Assembly: GCA_023258955.1 (NCBI GenBank)
Contig: JAHFRE010000003.1
Span: 1,952 to 65,951, forward strand
From: Sterolibacterium sp.
GTDB lineage: Bacteria; Pseudomonadota; Gammaproteobacteria; Burkholderiales; Rhodocyclaceae
Direction of reading: 5' to 3'
Length of the DNA stretch: 64,000 nt
Shown here: positions 18,059 through 26,945 of the stretch, in pieces
How positions within the stretch are numbered: the first letter of the stretch is position 1
Layout of the letters: every line of letters starts with the position of its first letter
The notes under the pieces: generated by a model
What the model was told of the DNA's origin: nothing
What the model saw: only the letters and a program-made list of their open reading frames with translations
The model's database searches: none
Made by a program: the position numbers and the translations under genes

Positions 18059-19579
18059 ATGGCCAGGCCAAGGAAGCGAGGGGATCGCGTGATCGCCTTC
18101 GTGGAGAGCTATTGCCCCGTGCCCGAGGGCGAACGCGTCGGCCAGAAGATCCAACTCGCCCCATTTCAAAAGCGTTTCATCCGGGAGATCTACGACAACC
18201 CGCGCGGCACACGCCGGGGTTACCTCAGCATCTCGAGGAAAAATGGAAAAACGGCCCTGATCGCCGGCATCATGCTGGCCCACCTGGTGGGGCCGGAGGC
18301 CAAGCAGAACAGCCAAATCGTGAGCGGCGCCCGGAGCCGCGAGCAAGCGGGACAGGTTTTCAACTACGCGGCAAAGATGGTGCAGCTGTCGCCAACCCTG
18401 TCCGGCCTCGTGCGCATCGTGCCCAGCGGCAAGCGACTGATTGGCTTGGCGCGCAATGTCGAGTACCGGGCACTCTCAGCCGAGGGCACCACGGCGCATG
18501 GCCTCTCGCCGATCCTGGCGATCCTCGATGAGGTGGGCCAGGTCAAGGGGCCGCAGGACGATTTTATTGATGCGATCACGACGGCGCAGGGGGCGCACTC
18601 GGCGCCACTCCTGATCGCCATCAGTACCCAGGCGGCAGATGACGCCGATCTGTTCTCGCAATGGCTCGATGACGCCGAGCGATCTGCCGATCCTCGGATC
18701 GTGTCTCACGTCTATGCCGCGCCGAAGGATGCGGGGCTACTGGACAAGAAGGCTTGGCGCGCGGCGAATCCGGCGCTGGGCATCTTCCGCAACCTGGACG
18801 ACCTGGCTGAGCAGGCAAAGCAGGCCTCTCGGATGCCGAGCGCGGAGAACACGTTTAGAAACCTGTGCCTCAATCAGCGGGTGTCGATCGTCAGCCCGTT
18901 TATCTCGGTCGATGTCTGGAAGTCCTGCGCAGCGCCGGTAGCCGAATATGGATCCACACCAGTGTGGTGCGGCCTGGATCTGTCTGGCCGGACCGACCTC
19001 ACCGCGCTGGTGATCGTCGGCCGGATCGATGGCGTCTGGCACGTGACGCCGCACTTCTGGACACCGGAGCAGGGATTGATGGACCGGGCCAAGCGCGATC
19101 GATGTGCCTACGATCTGTGGGTGCGGCAAGGCTACTTGCGGACAACGCCCGGTGCAACCGTTGATTACGAATTCGTTGCCCAGGACATCGGGAACATCCT
19201 CGGCATGCTGGACGTGCGCGCCATTGCTTACGACCGCTGGCGGATCGAGCTCCTGCGAAAGGAATTGGACAGCCTGGGCATCACCCTGCCATTGGTCGAA
19301 TACGGCCAAGGCTACAAGGACATGAGCCCGGCGCTCGATACGTTGGAGTCCGAACTACTGAATGGGCGCATTGCCCACGGCATGCACCCGGTGCTCTCCA
19401 TGTGCGCGGCCAACGCCATTGTGGCGAAGGATCCCGCTGGCAACCGGAAGCTCGACAAGCACAAGACGACCGGTCGCATTGATGGACTCGTGGCCTTGGC
19501 GATGGCGATGGGGGTGGCGATCGGAAAGCAGGAGGACACAGTCGTGATCGATAGCAGCTATGAGTTGATGCTGATCTGA
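18059..19579 (+). CDS. Terminase large subunit
   Basis: FQKRFIREIY...SISRKNGKTALIAG...GARSREQAGQVF matches the ATPase pattern typical of HK97-type TerL. AGGAG RBS. Confidence 0.9.
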   Translation: MARPRKRGDRVIAFVESYCPVPEGERVGQKIQLAPFQKRFIREIYDNPRGTRRGYLSISRKNGKTALIAGIMLAHLVGPEAKQNSQIVSGARSREQAGQVFNYAAKMVQLSPTLSGLVRIVPSGKRLIGLARNVEYRALSAEGTTAHGLSPILAILDEVGQVKGPQDDFIDAITTAQGAHSAPLLIAISTQAADDADLFSQWLDDAERSADPRIVSHVYAAPKDAGLLDKKAWRAANPALGIFRNLDDLAEQAKQASRMPSAENTFRNLCLNQRVSIVSPFISVDVWKSCAAPVAEYGSTPVWCGLDLSGRTDLTALVIVGRIDGVWHVTPHFWTPEQGLMDRAKRDRCAYDLWVRQGYLRTTPGATVDYEFVAQDIGNILGMLDVRAIAYDRWRIELLRKELDSLGITLPLVEYGQGYKDMSPALDTLESELLNGRIAHGMHPVLSMCAANAIVAKDPAGNRKLDKHKTTGRIDGLVALAMAMGVAIGKQEDTVVIDSSYELMLI

Positions 19580-21159
19580 TGGGGCTCCTGAGCTTCCTGA
19601 ATCCGTTCCGGGCCGCGGCCGACGATCGCTCCCCTTGGGGTGATTTCTGGTTCACACCGGTGACGTCGCGCACGTCGAGCGGCGCGCGGGTCTCGGCGGA
19701 CAGCGCTATGCGCCTGTCGGCGGTCTACGCCTGCGTCCGGATTCTGTCCGAGACCCTGGCCATGTTGCCCTTTGTGCTCTACCGGCAGAGACCCGATGGG
19801 GGCAAGGACCGCATCACCGACCACTGGCTCTATACCCTGCTGGCCAAGCGGCCTAACCGCTGGCAGAACGCTTTCGAGTGGCGCGAGATGATGCAGGGGC
19901 ATTTGGCCCTGCGAGGGAATGCCTACAACCAGATCATCAGTAACAGCCGCGGAGAGATTGCCGAATTGATTCCGGTCCATCCGGACAAGATCAGCATTGA
20001 ACTTCTGGACAACGGCGACTACCGCTACCGCGTCACTGACCGGCAAGGTGCCGCTCGCCCGGTGCCGCGAGGCGAGATCTGGCACTTGAAGGGGCTCTCC
20101 AGCGATGGGCTCCTGGGGTTGAGTCCCATTGAGCTCGCGCGGGAGAACTTTGGCATGGCGTTGGCTGCCCAGGATTATGGTGCTCGTTTCTTTGCCAATG
20201 ACGCCAAGCCGACCGGCGGCTGGGTGGAGTTCCCGGGTAGTTTTAAGGACAAGACCGCCAAGGAAGTATTTCGGGAGAACTTCCAGTCAGCGCAGGCGGG
20301 AGCTAACCGGGGCAAGATGCTGGTCCTAGAAAACGGGATGAAGTACCACGAGGTCGGTGTGACCAATAAGGATGCCCAGTTCCTGGAACTGCGGAAGTTC
20401 CAAATCACCGACGTCGCCCGGGTGTTTCGCGTCCCGCCGCACATGATTGCGGATCTGGACCGGGCCACGTTCAGCAATATCGAGCATCAGTCCCTCGAGT
20501 TCATCATGCACACCATGACGCCGTGGGCCGAACGGTGGGAAGCGGCGATCGAGGCCGACTTGCTCTTTGATGAAGAGGGCCTGGAGGTCGAGTTTGACTT
20601 TGCCAACCTCCTGCGGGGTGACCGCGCTGCGCGGGCGGCTTACTACCACTCGGGCATCCTGGATGGGTGGCTCACGCGCAACGAAGCGCGCGTCGCGGAG
20701 AACATGAATCCCCTCGACGGGTTGGACGAACCGCTGAGGCCGCTCAACATGGTCGAGGAATCCTGGGCCGAAGAGGAAGAAGGGGCAGCGTCGTTGGCTG
20801 CGCCGGGCAAGCCTACTCAGTCGATGCCGGAGGACAGCGGTGATGATGAGGCTGCGACCAATCAGCGGCTGCGGGAGGTCGTCACCGCAGTGGCGACCCG
20901 AATTGCCCGGAAGGAAGCGGCGGCACTGACGCGAGCCTGGGAGCGGGGCGGCAACCTGACCGAAGCTGCCCGAGCTTTCTATATGGATCATGCCGCGTAC
21001 GTTGCTGAATCCCTGGGCGTCGCCCTAGACGCGGCGCGCGGGCACTGCGAGTACATGCTGGCCACACCCATCAATGATGGCATTGAGCGGGCCCTGGCCA
21101 CGATTGAGCCACGCGCGCGGGCAAGCCTCATCGCAATCGGCACCCACTTGAAAGGTTGA
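19579..21159 (+). CDS. Portal protein (HK97 family)
   Basis: AVYACVRILSETLAMLPF..DHWLYTLLAKRPN..GNAYNQII matches the portal pattern. Follows TerL with a TGATG overlap. Confidence 0.9.
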   Translation: MGLLSFLNPFRAAADDRSPWGDFWFTPVTSRTSSGARVSADSAMRLSAVYACVRILSETLAMLPFVLYRQRPDGGKDRITDHWLYTLLAKRPNRWQNAFEWREMMQGHLALRGNAYNQIISNSRGEIAELIPVHPDKISIELLDNGDYRYRVTDRQGAARPVPRGEIWHLKGLSSDGLLGLSPIELARENFGMALAAQDYGARFFANDAKPTGGWVEFPGSFKDKTAKEVFRENFQSAQAGANRGKMLVLENGMKYHEVGVTNKDAQFLELRKFQITDVARVFRVPPHMIADLDRATFSNIEHQSLEFIMHTMTPWAERWEAAIEADLLFDEEGLEVEFDFANLLRGDRAARAAYYHSGILDGWLTRNEARVAENMNPLDGLDEPLRPLNMVEESWAEEEEGAASLAAPGKPTQSMPEDSGDDEAATNQRLREVVTAVATRIARKEAAALTRAWERGGNLTEAARAFYMDHAAYVAESLGVALDAARGHCEYMLATPINDGIERALATIEPRARASLIAIGTHLKG

Positions 21160-21160
21160 A

Positions 21161-22319
21161 CATGAAACACGCGCTCCTGGTCTCCGAGTTCCTATCCACG
21201 CCCTGGGCGCTGACGCCCGAGCGGCTTCAAGTCTTCTCTGGGGTCATCTCGCGCTGGTCGCAGGACATCAAGCCCACCGACGAGGTCATGGGCGGCATTG
21301 CCGCCGACCGCGAAGCCAGATCTGCCCGCGCCTTGGCCAACAGTCGGGCCGGTGGCGGTGGCATCGCTGTTCTGCCGCTGTACGGCGTGGTCACGCAGCG
21401 CGGCAATATGGTCGATGATGTCTCCGGGCCCGGCAGTGTGAGCACCCAAGCCTTCGCGGCTGCTCTGCAGGATGCGCTGAACGACGATACCGTCGGATCG
21501 ATATTGATCGACATCGACTCGCCCGGGGGCTCCGTCTATGGTGTGAGCGAACTTGCCGACCAAATCTACCAGGCGCGCGGCAAGAAGCCCATCATCGCCA
21601 TTGCCAATAGCCTGGCGGCCTCTGCCGCCTACTGGATCGGGTCTGCCGCCTCAGAGCTCTATGTCACACCGGGTGGGGAGGTGGGGAGCATTGGCGTTTA
21701 TGCGGCGCATCAGGACATCAGCCAAGCGCTCGAGGCCGAGGGGATCAACGTCCAGTTGATCTCCGCCGGAAAGTTCAAGACCGAAGCCAGCCCCTATGGA
21801 CCCTTGTCCGACGAGGCCCGATCTGCCATCCAGCAATCGGTGGATGGCTATTACGCCATGTTCACCAAAGCGGTGAGTCGTGGCAGAGGCGTGAGCGTGG
21901 CACAGGTCCGTGACGGCATGGGGCAGGGCCGGTGCGTGTCTGCCACGGACGCGCTGTCGCAGGACATGGTCGACGGCGTGATGTCCTTTGATGATCTTGT
22001 TCGAAAAATCCAGAAGTCGGCGCGCGCAAGCCGCGGCGCTGGCGCCTCTATCGACATCCCGCCACCGGTTGCAGAGGCCGCGGCCATGGCGCCGGAATCA
22101 ACATCCGTGGTGACCGCGCCGGCTATCGCGGCAGTAGTCGAGCCCGTGCCTGAGATCGTGGAAGATGTTGCGGACGAGGTCGTGGCAGCGGTCACCGTGG
22201 TTGAGGCCGAGGCCAACGCTGAGGTGGAAGCGGCGTTAGAGCCGGCCTGTGACATTGCGCCGGCTGCATCCGCCAACCGCCTAAGCGCGCGGAAGAACGA
22301 TCTCGCTTTGCTCTACTGA
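21161..22319 (+). CDS. Prohead protease, S49/ClpP-related, with Ala/Val/Glu-rich C-terminal region
   Basis: ILIDIDSPGGSVYG..KPIIAIANSLAASAAYW..EVGSIGV matches the S49 pattern. Confidence 0.85.
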
Positions 22320-22337
22320 CCAGGGATCGCGTGAGGC

Positions 22338-22595
22338 CTACTGGAATGCACGAACCGCAATGTAGGTGAAAAGCACTGCGATAACGATGGCCCAGAAGGT
22401 CCCCCCATACAGAATATGGAACCTCACTATCGAACGGGCCCTTCTCGCAGTCCAGTGACGCCTGTAGTAGCCGCCGCGTTGGAGTACGCGGAAATCGCGC
22501 TGGCTGACGTAGAGGATGTAGGTGCCGTTGTACCAGCGGGCTATGGCGTCACCAAGGCGGGAGCGGATACGCATTCGGCCACCCAGAAATCGCAA
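22338..22595 (-). CDS. Possible antisense small membrane protein
   Basis: 85-codon ORF (alternative ATG at 22574) on the opposite strand in the protease-capsid gap. Has a C-terminal hydrophobic helix (GGTFWAIVIAVLFTYIAV). No family recognised. Confidence 0.3.
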   Translation of the reverse strand: MRFLGGRMRIRSRLGDAIARWYNGTYILYVSQRDFRVLQRGGYYRRHWTARRARSIVRFHILYGGTFWAIVIAVLFTYIAVRAFQ

Positions 22596-22695
22596 TCACG
22601 GCCCAACTCCGTTGAGTTAGACCGGCAGCATCTTGCGGCCCGTCGGTCGCACCTTTGAATCATACCGCCATCAGGCGGGCTAAGACTGTCCATCG

Positions 22696-22717
22696 AACCC
22701 GCCCTGTGCGGGTTTTT
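22696..22717 (+). terminator. Intrinsic-terminator-like hairpin immediately 5' of the capsid gene
   Basis: AACCCGC-CCTGT-GCGGGTT followed by TTT. Ends 6 nt before the GGGAG RBS of the capsid gene. Confidence 0.5.
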
Positions 22718-22733
22718 CAATTGGGAGATCCAC

Positions 22734-24077
22734 ATGAGTAAGAAACTCCGCGAGCTGCAAGCCCGCAAGTCGGCATTGGTATCGGACAAGGCCGAATCCC
22801 TGAAGCAAGCGAGCGTGCTGCTGGACGCCGCCGCCGCAGAAAACCGTGACCTGTCGACCGACGAGCAAGCTGCGTTCGACAAGTGCCGTCTCGAGGCCAG
22901 CGGCCGCACCAACGAAATCGAGCGCATTCAGGCCCAGATTGATGTCGAGCAAGAACTCATTGCCGCGCAAGCGCAGATCGGCGTGCAGGAGGCCATCGGC
23001 ATCATCATCACCGAGAACGTCGAGTCCGATCCCAAGCGGGGCTTCAAGTCCGTGGGCGAATTCATGCAGGCCGTCTATCGCGCCGAAAAGTTCGGTCAGA
23101 CCCCGGATCCACGTCTCCTGATCGGTGCCGCTGCGCCCTCAACCTACAGCAACGAAGGTGCTGGCCAAGATGGCGGCTTCTTCGTGCCGCCGGAGTTCTC
23201 GAAGGACATCTTCACACTCTCCCTGGGCGAAGACTCCTTGCTGCCGCTCACCGACGAAGTCGAGATCAACGGCAACAGCATGGCCTTCCCCAAGGATGAG
23301 ACCACGCCCTGGGGGACCAACGGCATCCGGGCCTTCTGGCAGGGAGAGGCGGCCACGGCCGTCTCCACCAAGCTCGCCCTGGGTCTTGCCACGCTTCGCC
23401 TCAAGAAACTCATGGCGCTGGTGCCCACAACCGATGAACTCCTCGAAGACGCCAATGCCCTGGCGAGCTACCTCCCGGGCAAGATCGCCGACTCGATCCG
23501 CTGGAAGACCAACGAGGCCATCCTCTTTGGTGCCGGCGCCGGCGTCCCCATCGGCTGCATCTCCAGTCCGGCAATCGTCACTGTCGCCAAGGAATCCGGC
23601 CAGTCCACGGCAACGCTCTTGCCGGCCAACCTCGCCAAGATGGTCTCGCGCCTGCCTGCCGGGTCCTACAACAAGGCGGTGTGGATCATCAACAACGATG
23701 TCCTGCCCGCGCTCTTTACCCTCACCCTTGGCAACTACCCGATCTACCTGCCCTGCGGGTGCATGACCGGTAGTGGCGGCGGCATCCAAGGCAATCCCTA
23801 CGGGATCCTGCTCGGTCGCCCGATCGTGGTCTCCCAGCATGCAGCAAGCTTCTCCAGCCAAGGCGACGTGATCCTGGCCGACCTCTCCTACTACCAGACC
23901 ATCACCAAGGCAGGTGGGATGCAGACAGCCACGTCCATGCACCTCTACTTCGACGCGGACCTCACGGCATTTCGCACCACCTTCCGCATGGACGGCCAAC
24001 CGAAGATCGTCGCCCCCATCAACCCGGCCAAGGGTAGCAGCACCCTCTCACCCTTCATCCAACTCGGCTCCCGCTAA
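22734..24077 (+). CDS. Major capsid protein, HK97 family, with N-terminal coiled-coil delta/scaffold region
   Basis: GGFFVPPEFSKDIF...FPKDETTPW...LVPTTDELLEDA matches the HK97 MCP pattern. The N-terminal ~100 aa are coiled-coil. Confidence 0.9.
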   Translation: MSKKLRELQARKSALVSDKAESLKQASVLLDAAAAENRDLSTDEQAAFDKCRLEASGRTNEIERIQAQIDVEQELIAAQAQIGVQEAIGIIITENVESDPKRGFKSVGEFMQAVYRAEKFGQTPDPRLLIGAAAPSTYSNEGAGQDGGFFVPPEFSKDIFTLSLGEDSLLPLTDEVEINGNSMAFPKDETTPWGTNGIRAFWQGEAATAVSTKLALGLATLRLKKLMALVPTTDELLEDANALASYLPGKIADSIRWKTNEAILFGAGAGVPIGCISSPAIVTVAKESGQSTATLLPANLAKMVSRLPAGSYNKAVWIINNDVLPALFTLTLGNYPIYLPCGCMTGSGGGIQGNPYGILLGRPIVVSQHAASFSSQGDVILADLSYYQTITKAGGMQTATSMHLYFDADLTAFRTTFRMDGQPKIVAPINPAKGSSTLSPFIQLGSR

Positions 24078-24149
24078 CCCTTAGCAGGGCGGCAATTTTG
24101 ATGGGCACCGAGGAGGTGCCCGTCTCGCAGATTTCATAGGAGATCACAC

Positions 24150-24596
24150 ATGTACCCGAACGCAAAACCAAGCGAGATCGTTACCGTTCTCGCCACCATC
24201 GATCCCGTCAGCCAAGCTGCCGGGAGTGCTACGACTGGCTGGATTCCGGTGGCGAACTTCCACAACTTCCTGGCTGCCATTGAAACCGGCGTGCTGGGCA
24301 CCGGTGCCACGGTCGACGCCAAGATCCAGCAGGCGCAAGACAACAGCGGCACCGGTGCGAAGGACATCACCGGCAAGGCGATCACCCAGATCGTCAAGGC
24401 CTCCGGCGACAACAAGCAGGCGCTGATCAATTTCCGAGGTGAAGATCTGGACAACCTCAATGGCTTCGCCTATGTCCGCCTGTCGATTACCGTCGGCACG
24501 GCGGCAAGCCAAGTGGCGGCGCAAGTTCTTGGCTTCACCCCGCGCTATGCCACGGCAGACGCCTTCAACCAGGCCGGTGTCGTGCAGATCGTATAA
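24150..24596 (+). CDS. Hypothetical head-module protein (decoration candidate)
   Basis: Strong RBS (AGGAG) and GC-rich third positions. Lies directly after the MCP gene and is bracketed by hairpins at 24103..24121 and 24624..24643. Confidence 0.6.
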   Translation: MYPNAKPSEIVTVLATIDPVSQAAGSATTGWIPVANFHNFLAAIETGVLGTGATVDAKIQQAQDNSGTGAKDITGKAITQIVKASGDNKQALINFRGEDLDNLNGFAYVRLSITVGTAASQVAAQVLGFTPRYATADAFNQAGVVQIV

Positions 24597-24663
24597 GCCA
24601 AACGGCTTCCTGTAACCGAATCCGGGGCACCGCTTGGTGCCCCGACCCATTTTGGAGACCGAC

Positions 24664-24894
24664 ATGACCAAGGCTTTGATGTACTCGCAGACCTGGTTCG
24701 ACTGCGATGCGGGCGGCACGAGCTTCGCCAAGTACCAGGCGGGCCAGACCTATCCGCTCCACGAGGATGCAGAGCGCCACGTCGCACTTGGCATCGCCGA
24801 GGTCATTGATGTTCGCGCGGCCGAGAAACCTGCCGCGGAAAAGGCCGACCGCGCGCAGGGCAAAGCCGCTGCCGAGTCGACTGCTACCCCCTAG
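24664..24894 (+). CDS. Hypothetical small virion-module protein
   Basis: ATG at 24664 with GGAG upstream. Confidence 0.5.
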   Translation: MTKALMYSQTWFDCDAGGTSFAKYQAGQTYPLHEDAERHVALGIAEVIDVRAAEKPAAEKADRAQGKAAAESTATP

Positions 24895-24904
24895 GAGAAA
24901 CCAG

Positions 24905-25489
24905 ATGCAGACTCATAATGGAATCGCCGCCGGCAACGCGGCGACCGACAGCGCTATTGCCTCGCAGAGCAGCGTTGTCGAGAAGGCCGGCGTCATCGGC
25001 GTCTACAGCGTTCAGTGCGTTGGCCCCGACGGCCAGGTGAAGTGGGAAGACACCGCCGACAACATCGTTACCAACGTTGGCAAGAACCTGGCGTTGGACA
25101 CCTTCCTCGCCGGCTCCGCCTATACCGCCGCCGTCTATATGGGCTTGGCCAATGGCTCAGCCTCAAGCTGCACGGTGACGGACACAATGGCCAGCAAGAC
25201 GACGTGGCTGGAAGTGGGTGCTACCAATGCGCCAACCTACACCAGTCCGCGCAAGACCCCGAGCTGGTCGAGTGCCTCAGCAGGATCCAAAGCCACAAGC
25301 GCCGCTGTCTCGTTTGCAATCACCTCGAGCGGCACGGTCGGCGGGTGCTTCCTGGTCTTTGGCTCAGGCGCGGTGACGACCATTGATAACACGTCGGGCG
25401 TCCTGTATTCCTGCGGCGCCTTTACCGGTGGCAGCAAGACGGTCTCCAATGGGGACACATTGAACGTCACGTACACCGCTAGCATGTAG
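24905..25489 (+). CDS. Hypothetical beta-rich virion-module protein
   Basis: ATG at 24905. Gly/Ser/Thr/Ala-rich beta-type composition. No family recognised. Confidence 0.6.
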   Translation: MQTHNGIAAGNAATDSAIASQSSVVEKAGVIGVYSVQCVGPDGQVKWEDTADNIVTNVGKNLALDTFLAGSAYTAAVYMGLANGSASSCTVTDTMASKTTWLEVGATNAPTYTSPRKTPSWSSASAGSKATSAAVSFAITSSGTVGGCFLVFGSGAVTTIDNTSGVLYSCGAFTGGSKTVSNGDTLNVTYTASM

Positions 25490-25502
25490 AGGAGAAGCAA
25501 AC

Positions 25503-25796
25503 ATGGCCTCAAAATTCCCCAAAGGCACGATCGTCCATCAGGTCGTGCAGGTGCTCTCCGGCAAGGTACAGTCCTTCTCTGTCGATCAGGAGTCCGGCGA
25601 CGTGCAGTATTGCGTCGAGTGGGTCGATCCGGAGGGCAATATCCACAGCCGCTACTTCGTTGAATCGGAGCTTGCAGCGGATTCGACCGTTGAGACCGTT
25701 GGCGCGCCGGTGGACGCTGAAGTTGCTGCGGCGGCGGCCGCCACTGCAGCTGCAGCCGCTACCGCTCACGCTGCTGCGTCCGCGCAGAGCACATAA
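25503..25796 (+). CDS. Hypothetical protein with poly-Ala C-terminus
   Basis: GAGGAG RBS; AAAAATAAAAATAHAAA tail. Confidence 0.55.
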   Translation: MASKFPKGTIVHQVVQVLSGKVQSFSVDQESGDVQYCVEWVDPEGNIHSRYFVESELAADSTVETVGAPVDAEVAAAAAATAAAAATAHAAASAQST

Positions 25797-25799
25797 GCC

Positions 25800-26132
25800 A
25801 TGGGCGCCCAAGGCACAGCGACGCTCAACTTCGGAAGTTTTCCAGGCTCTCAAGAGGCGAGCGTCGCTGTCATCGGTCAGACAGGCATCACGGCCGGTTC
25901 GCTGGTTGATGTCTGGGTTCTGCCCGCCGATGGTACAGACCACTCGGCCGATGAGATGCGCGTTGACCCTATTCGGGTCACCGTCGGAAACATTGTGGCC
26001 GGTGTCGGTTTCACCATCTATGGCTATCCCGGCGACGTCCAAGTGTTCGGTACAAAGACCGCCTATGGTGGCCTGCCTGACCAACAGGCAGACACCTATG
26101 GTGCCTACAACATCGCATGGGTATGGAACTGA
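25800..26132 (+). CDS. Hypothetical virion-module protein
   Basis: Starts 3 nt after the upstream stop; consistent codon bias. Confidence 0.55.
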   Translation: MGAQGTATLNFGSFPGSQEASVAVIGQTGITAGSLVDVWVLPADGTDHSADEMRVDPIRVTVGNIVAGVGFTIYGYPGDVQVFGTKTAYGGLPDQQADTYGAYNIAWVWN

Positions 26133-26305
26133 TGAGCCAGAAAAGCTTCGTGAAGGATGCGGCAGAAGCAGAGATTCAAGCCGTCCTCGAAAAATATCAG
26201 GTCGATTTGGTGTTTATCGGGATCACCCGCAACGGACTGCCTGCCGGTGGGCAATTTACCGTAGAGCCACGCCAAGTAGGGCGTTCGCAGATACAGGAGC
26301 AGTGA
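26132..26305 (+). CDS. Hypothetical small protein
   Basis: TGATG overlap with the upstream stop. Confidence 0.4.
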   Translation: MSQKSFVKDAAEAEIQAVLEKYQVDLVFIGITRNGLPAGGQFTVEPRQVGRSQIQEQ

Positions 26306-26306
26306 A

Positions 26307-26942
26307 GTGGCGATTCAGATCATTGGCAATGGCGGTACGGTTGCGGAAGTCGACGGCACCACGTGGCGCGCGCTGCGGGTCACCGACCGCCCGACCGAGT
26401 TTGGCGCCGGGGGTTATTACAGAACAGCGATCTCCCAGCTGACCGCTGCCGCCCCTGCAGCGGGCGCCAACCTCGCATCCCTGCGTTGGACCTCCGGGTC
26501 GCTCCTCATGCTGATCCGTTACCTGCAGATCACAATCAACGTCAGCACGGCGTCTACCGCAGGTTTGCCGCAGTTCGCGGGCTATGTCGCTCGTGCTTAC
26601 ACTGTGACAGACACGGGCGGCACGGCGGCCACGCTCTCGGGCAACAGTTTCAAGAAGCGCACCAGTCACGGGGGCACGTCGTTGGGCGATCTGCGCTACA
26701 CCGCAGCTGCCACACTGACAGCCGGTACGCGCACCCTGGACGCTGCGCCATTCATCACGACGACGACGAATATCGCGCTGGGTTCAACCAGCACAGCGAT
26801 CCTCGACATCGACGGCCCCGGCGATCACCCGATCGTGCTGGCCCAGAACGAAGGCCTTGTCTTCCAGAATGTCACCGCTGTGACCGCCGGTGTCTATCAA
26901 TATACGATCAATATGGCGTGGGCCGAAGTGCCGGCGTACTAA
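26307..26942 (+). CDS. Hypothetical beta-rich virion-module protein
   Basis: GTG at 26307 with AGGAG 8 nt upstream. No family recognised. Confidence 0.55.
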   Translation: MAIQIIGNGGTVAEVDGTTWRALRVTDRPTEFGAGGYYRTAISQLTAAAPAAGANLASLRWTSGSLLMLIRYLQITINVSTASTAGLPQFAGYVARAYTVTDTGGTAATLSGNSFKKRTSHGGTSLGDLRYTAAATLTAGTRTLDAAPFITTTTNIALGSTSTAILDIDGPGDHPIVLAQNEGLVFQNVTAVTAGVYQYTINMAWAEVPAY

Positions 26943-26945
26943 GCC

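Noticed and set aside
23125-23999. Alternative-frame and antisense ORFs inside the capsid gene (23125..23766, 23139..23999)
   Set aside because: They lie within a confidently assigned HK97 MCP gene and have off-frame composition.
24707-24904. 5' part of ORF 24707..25489, and the alternative-frame ORFs 25015..25386 and 25660..26442
   Set aside because: They overlap better-supported genes and have Arg/Pro-rich off-frame composition typical of GC-rich DNA.
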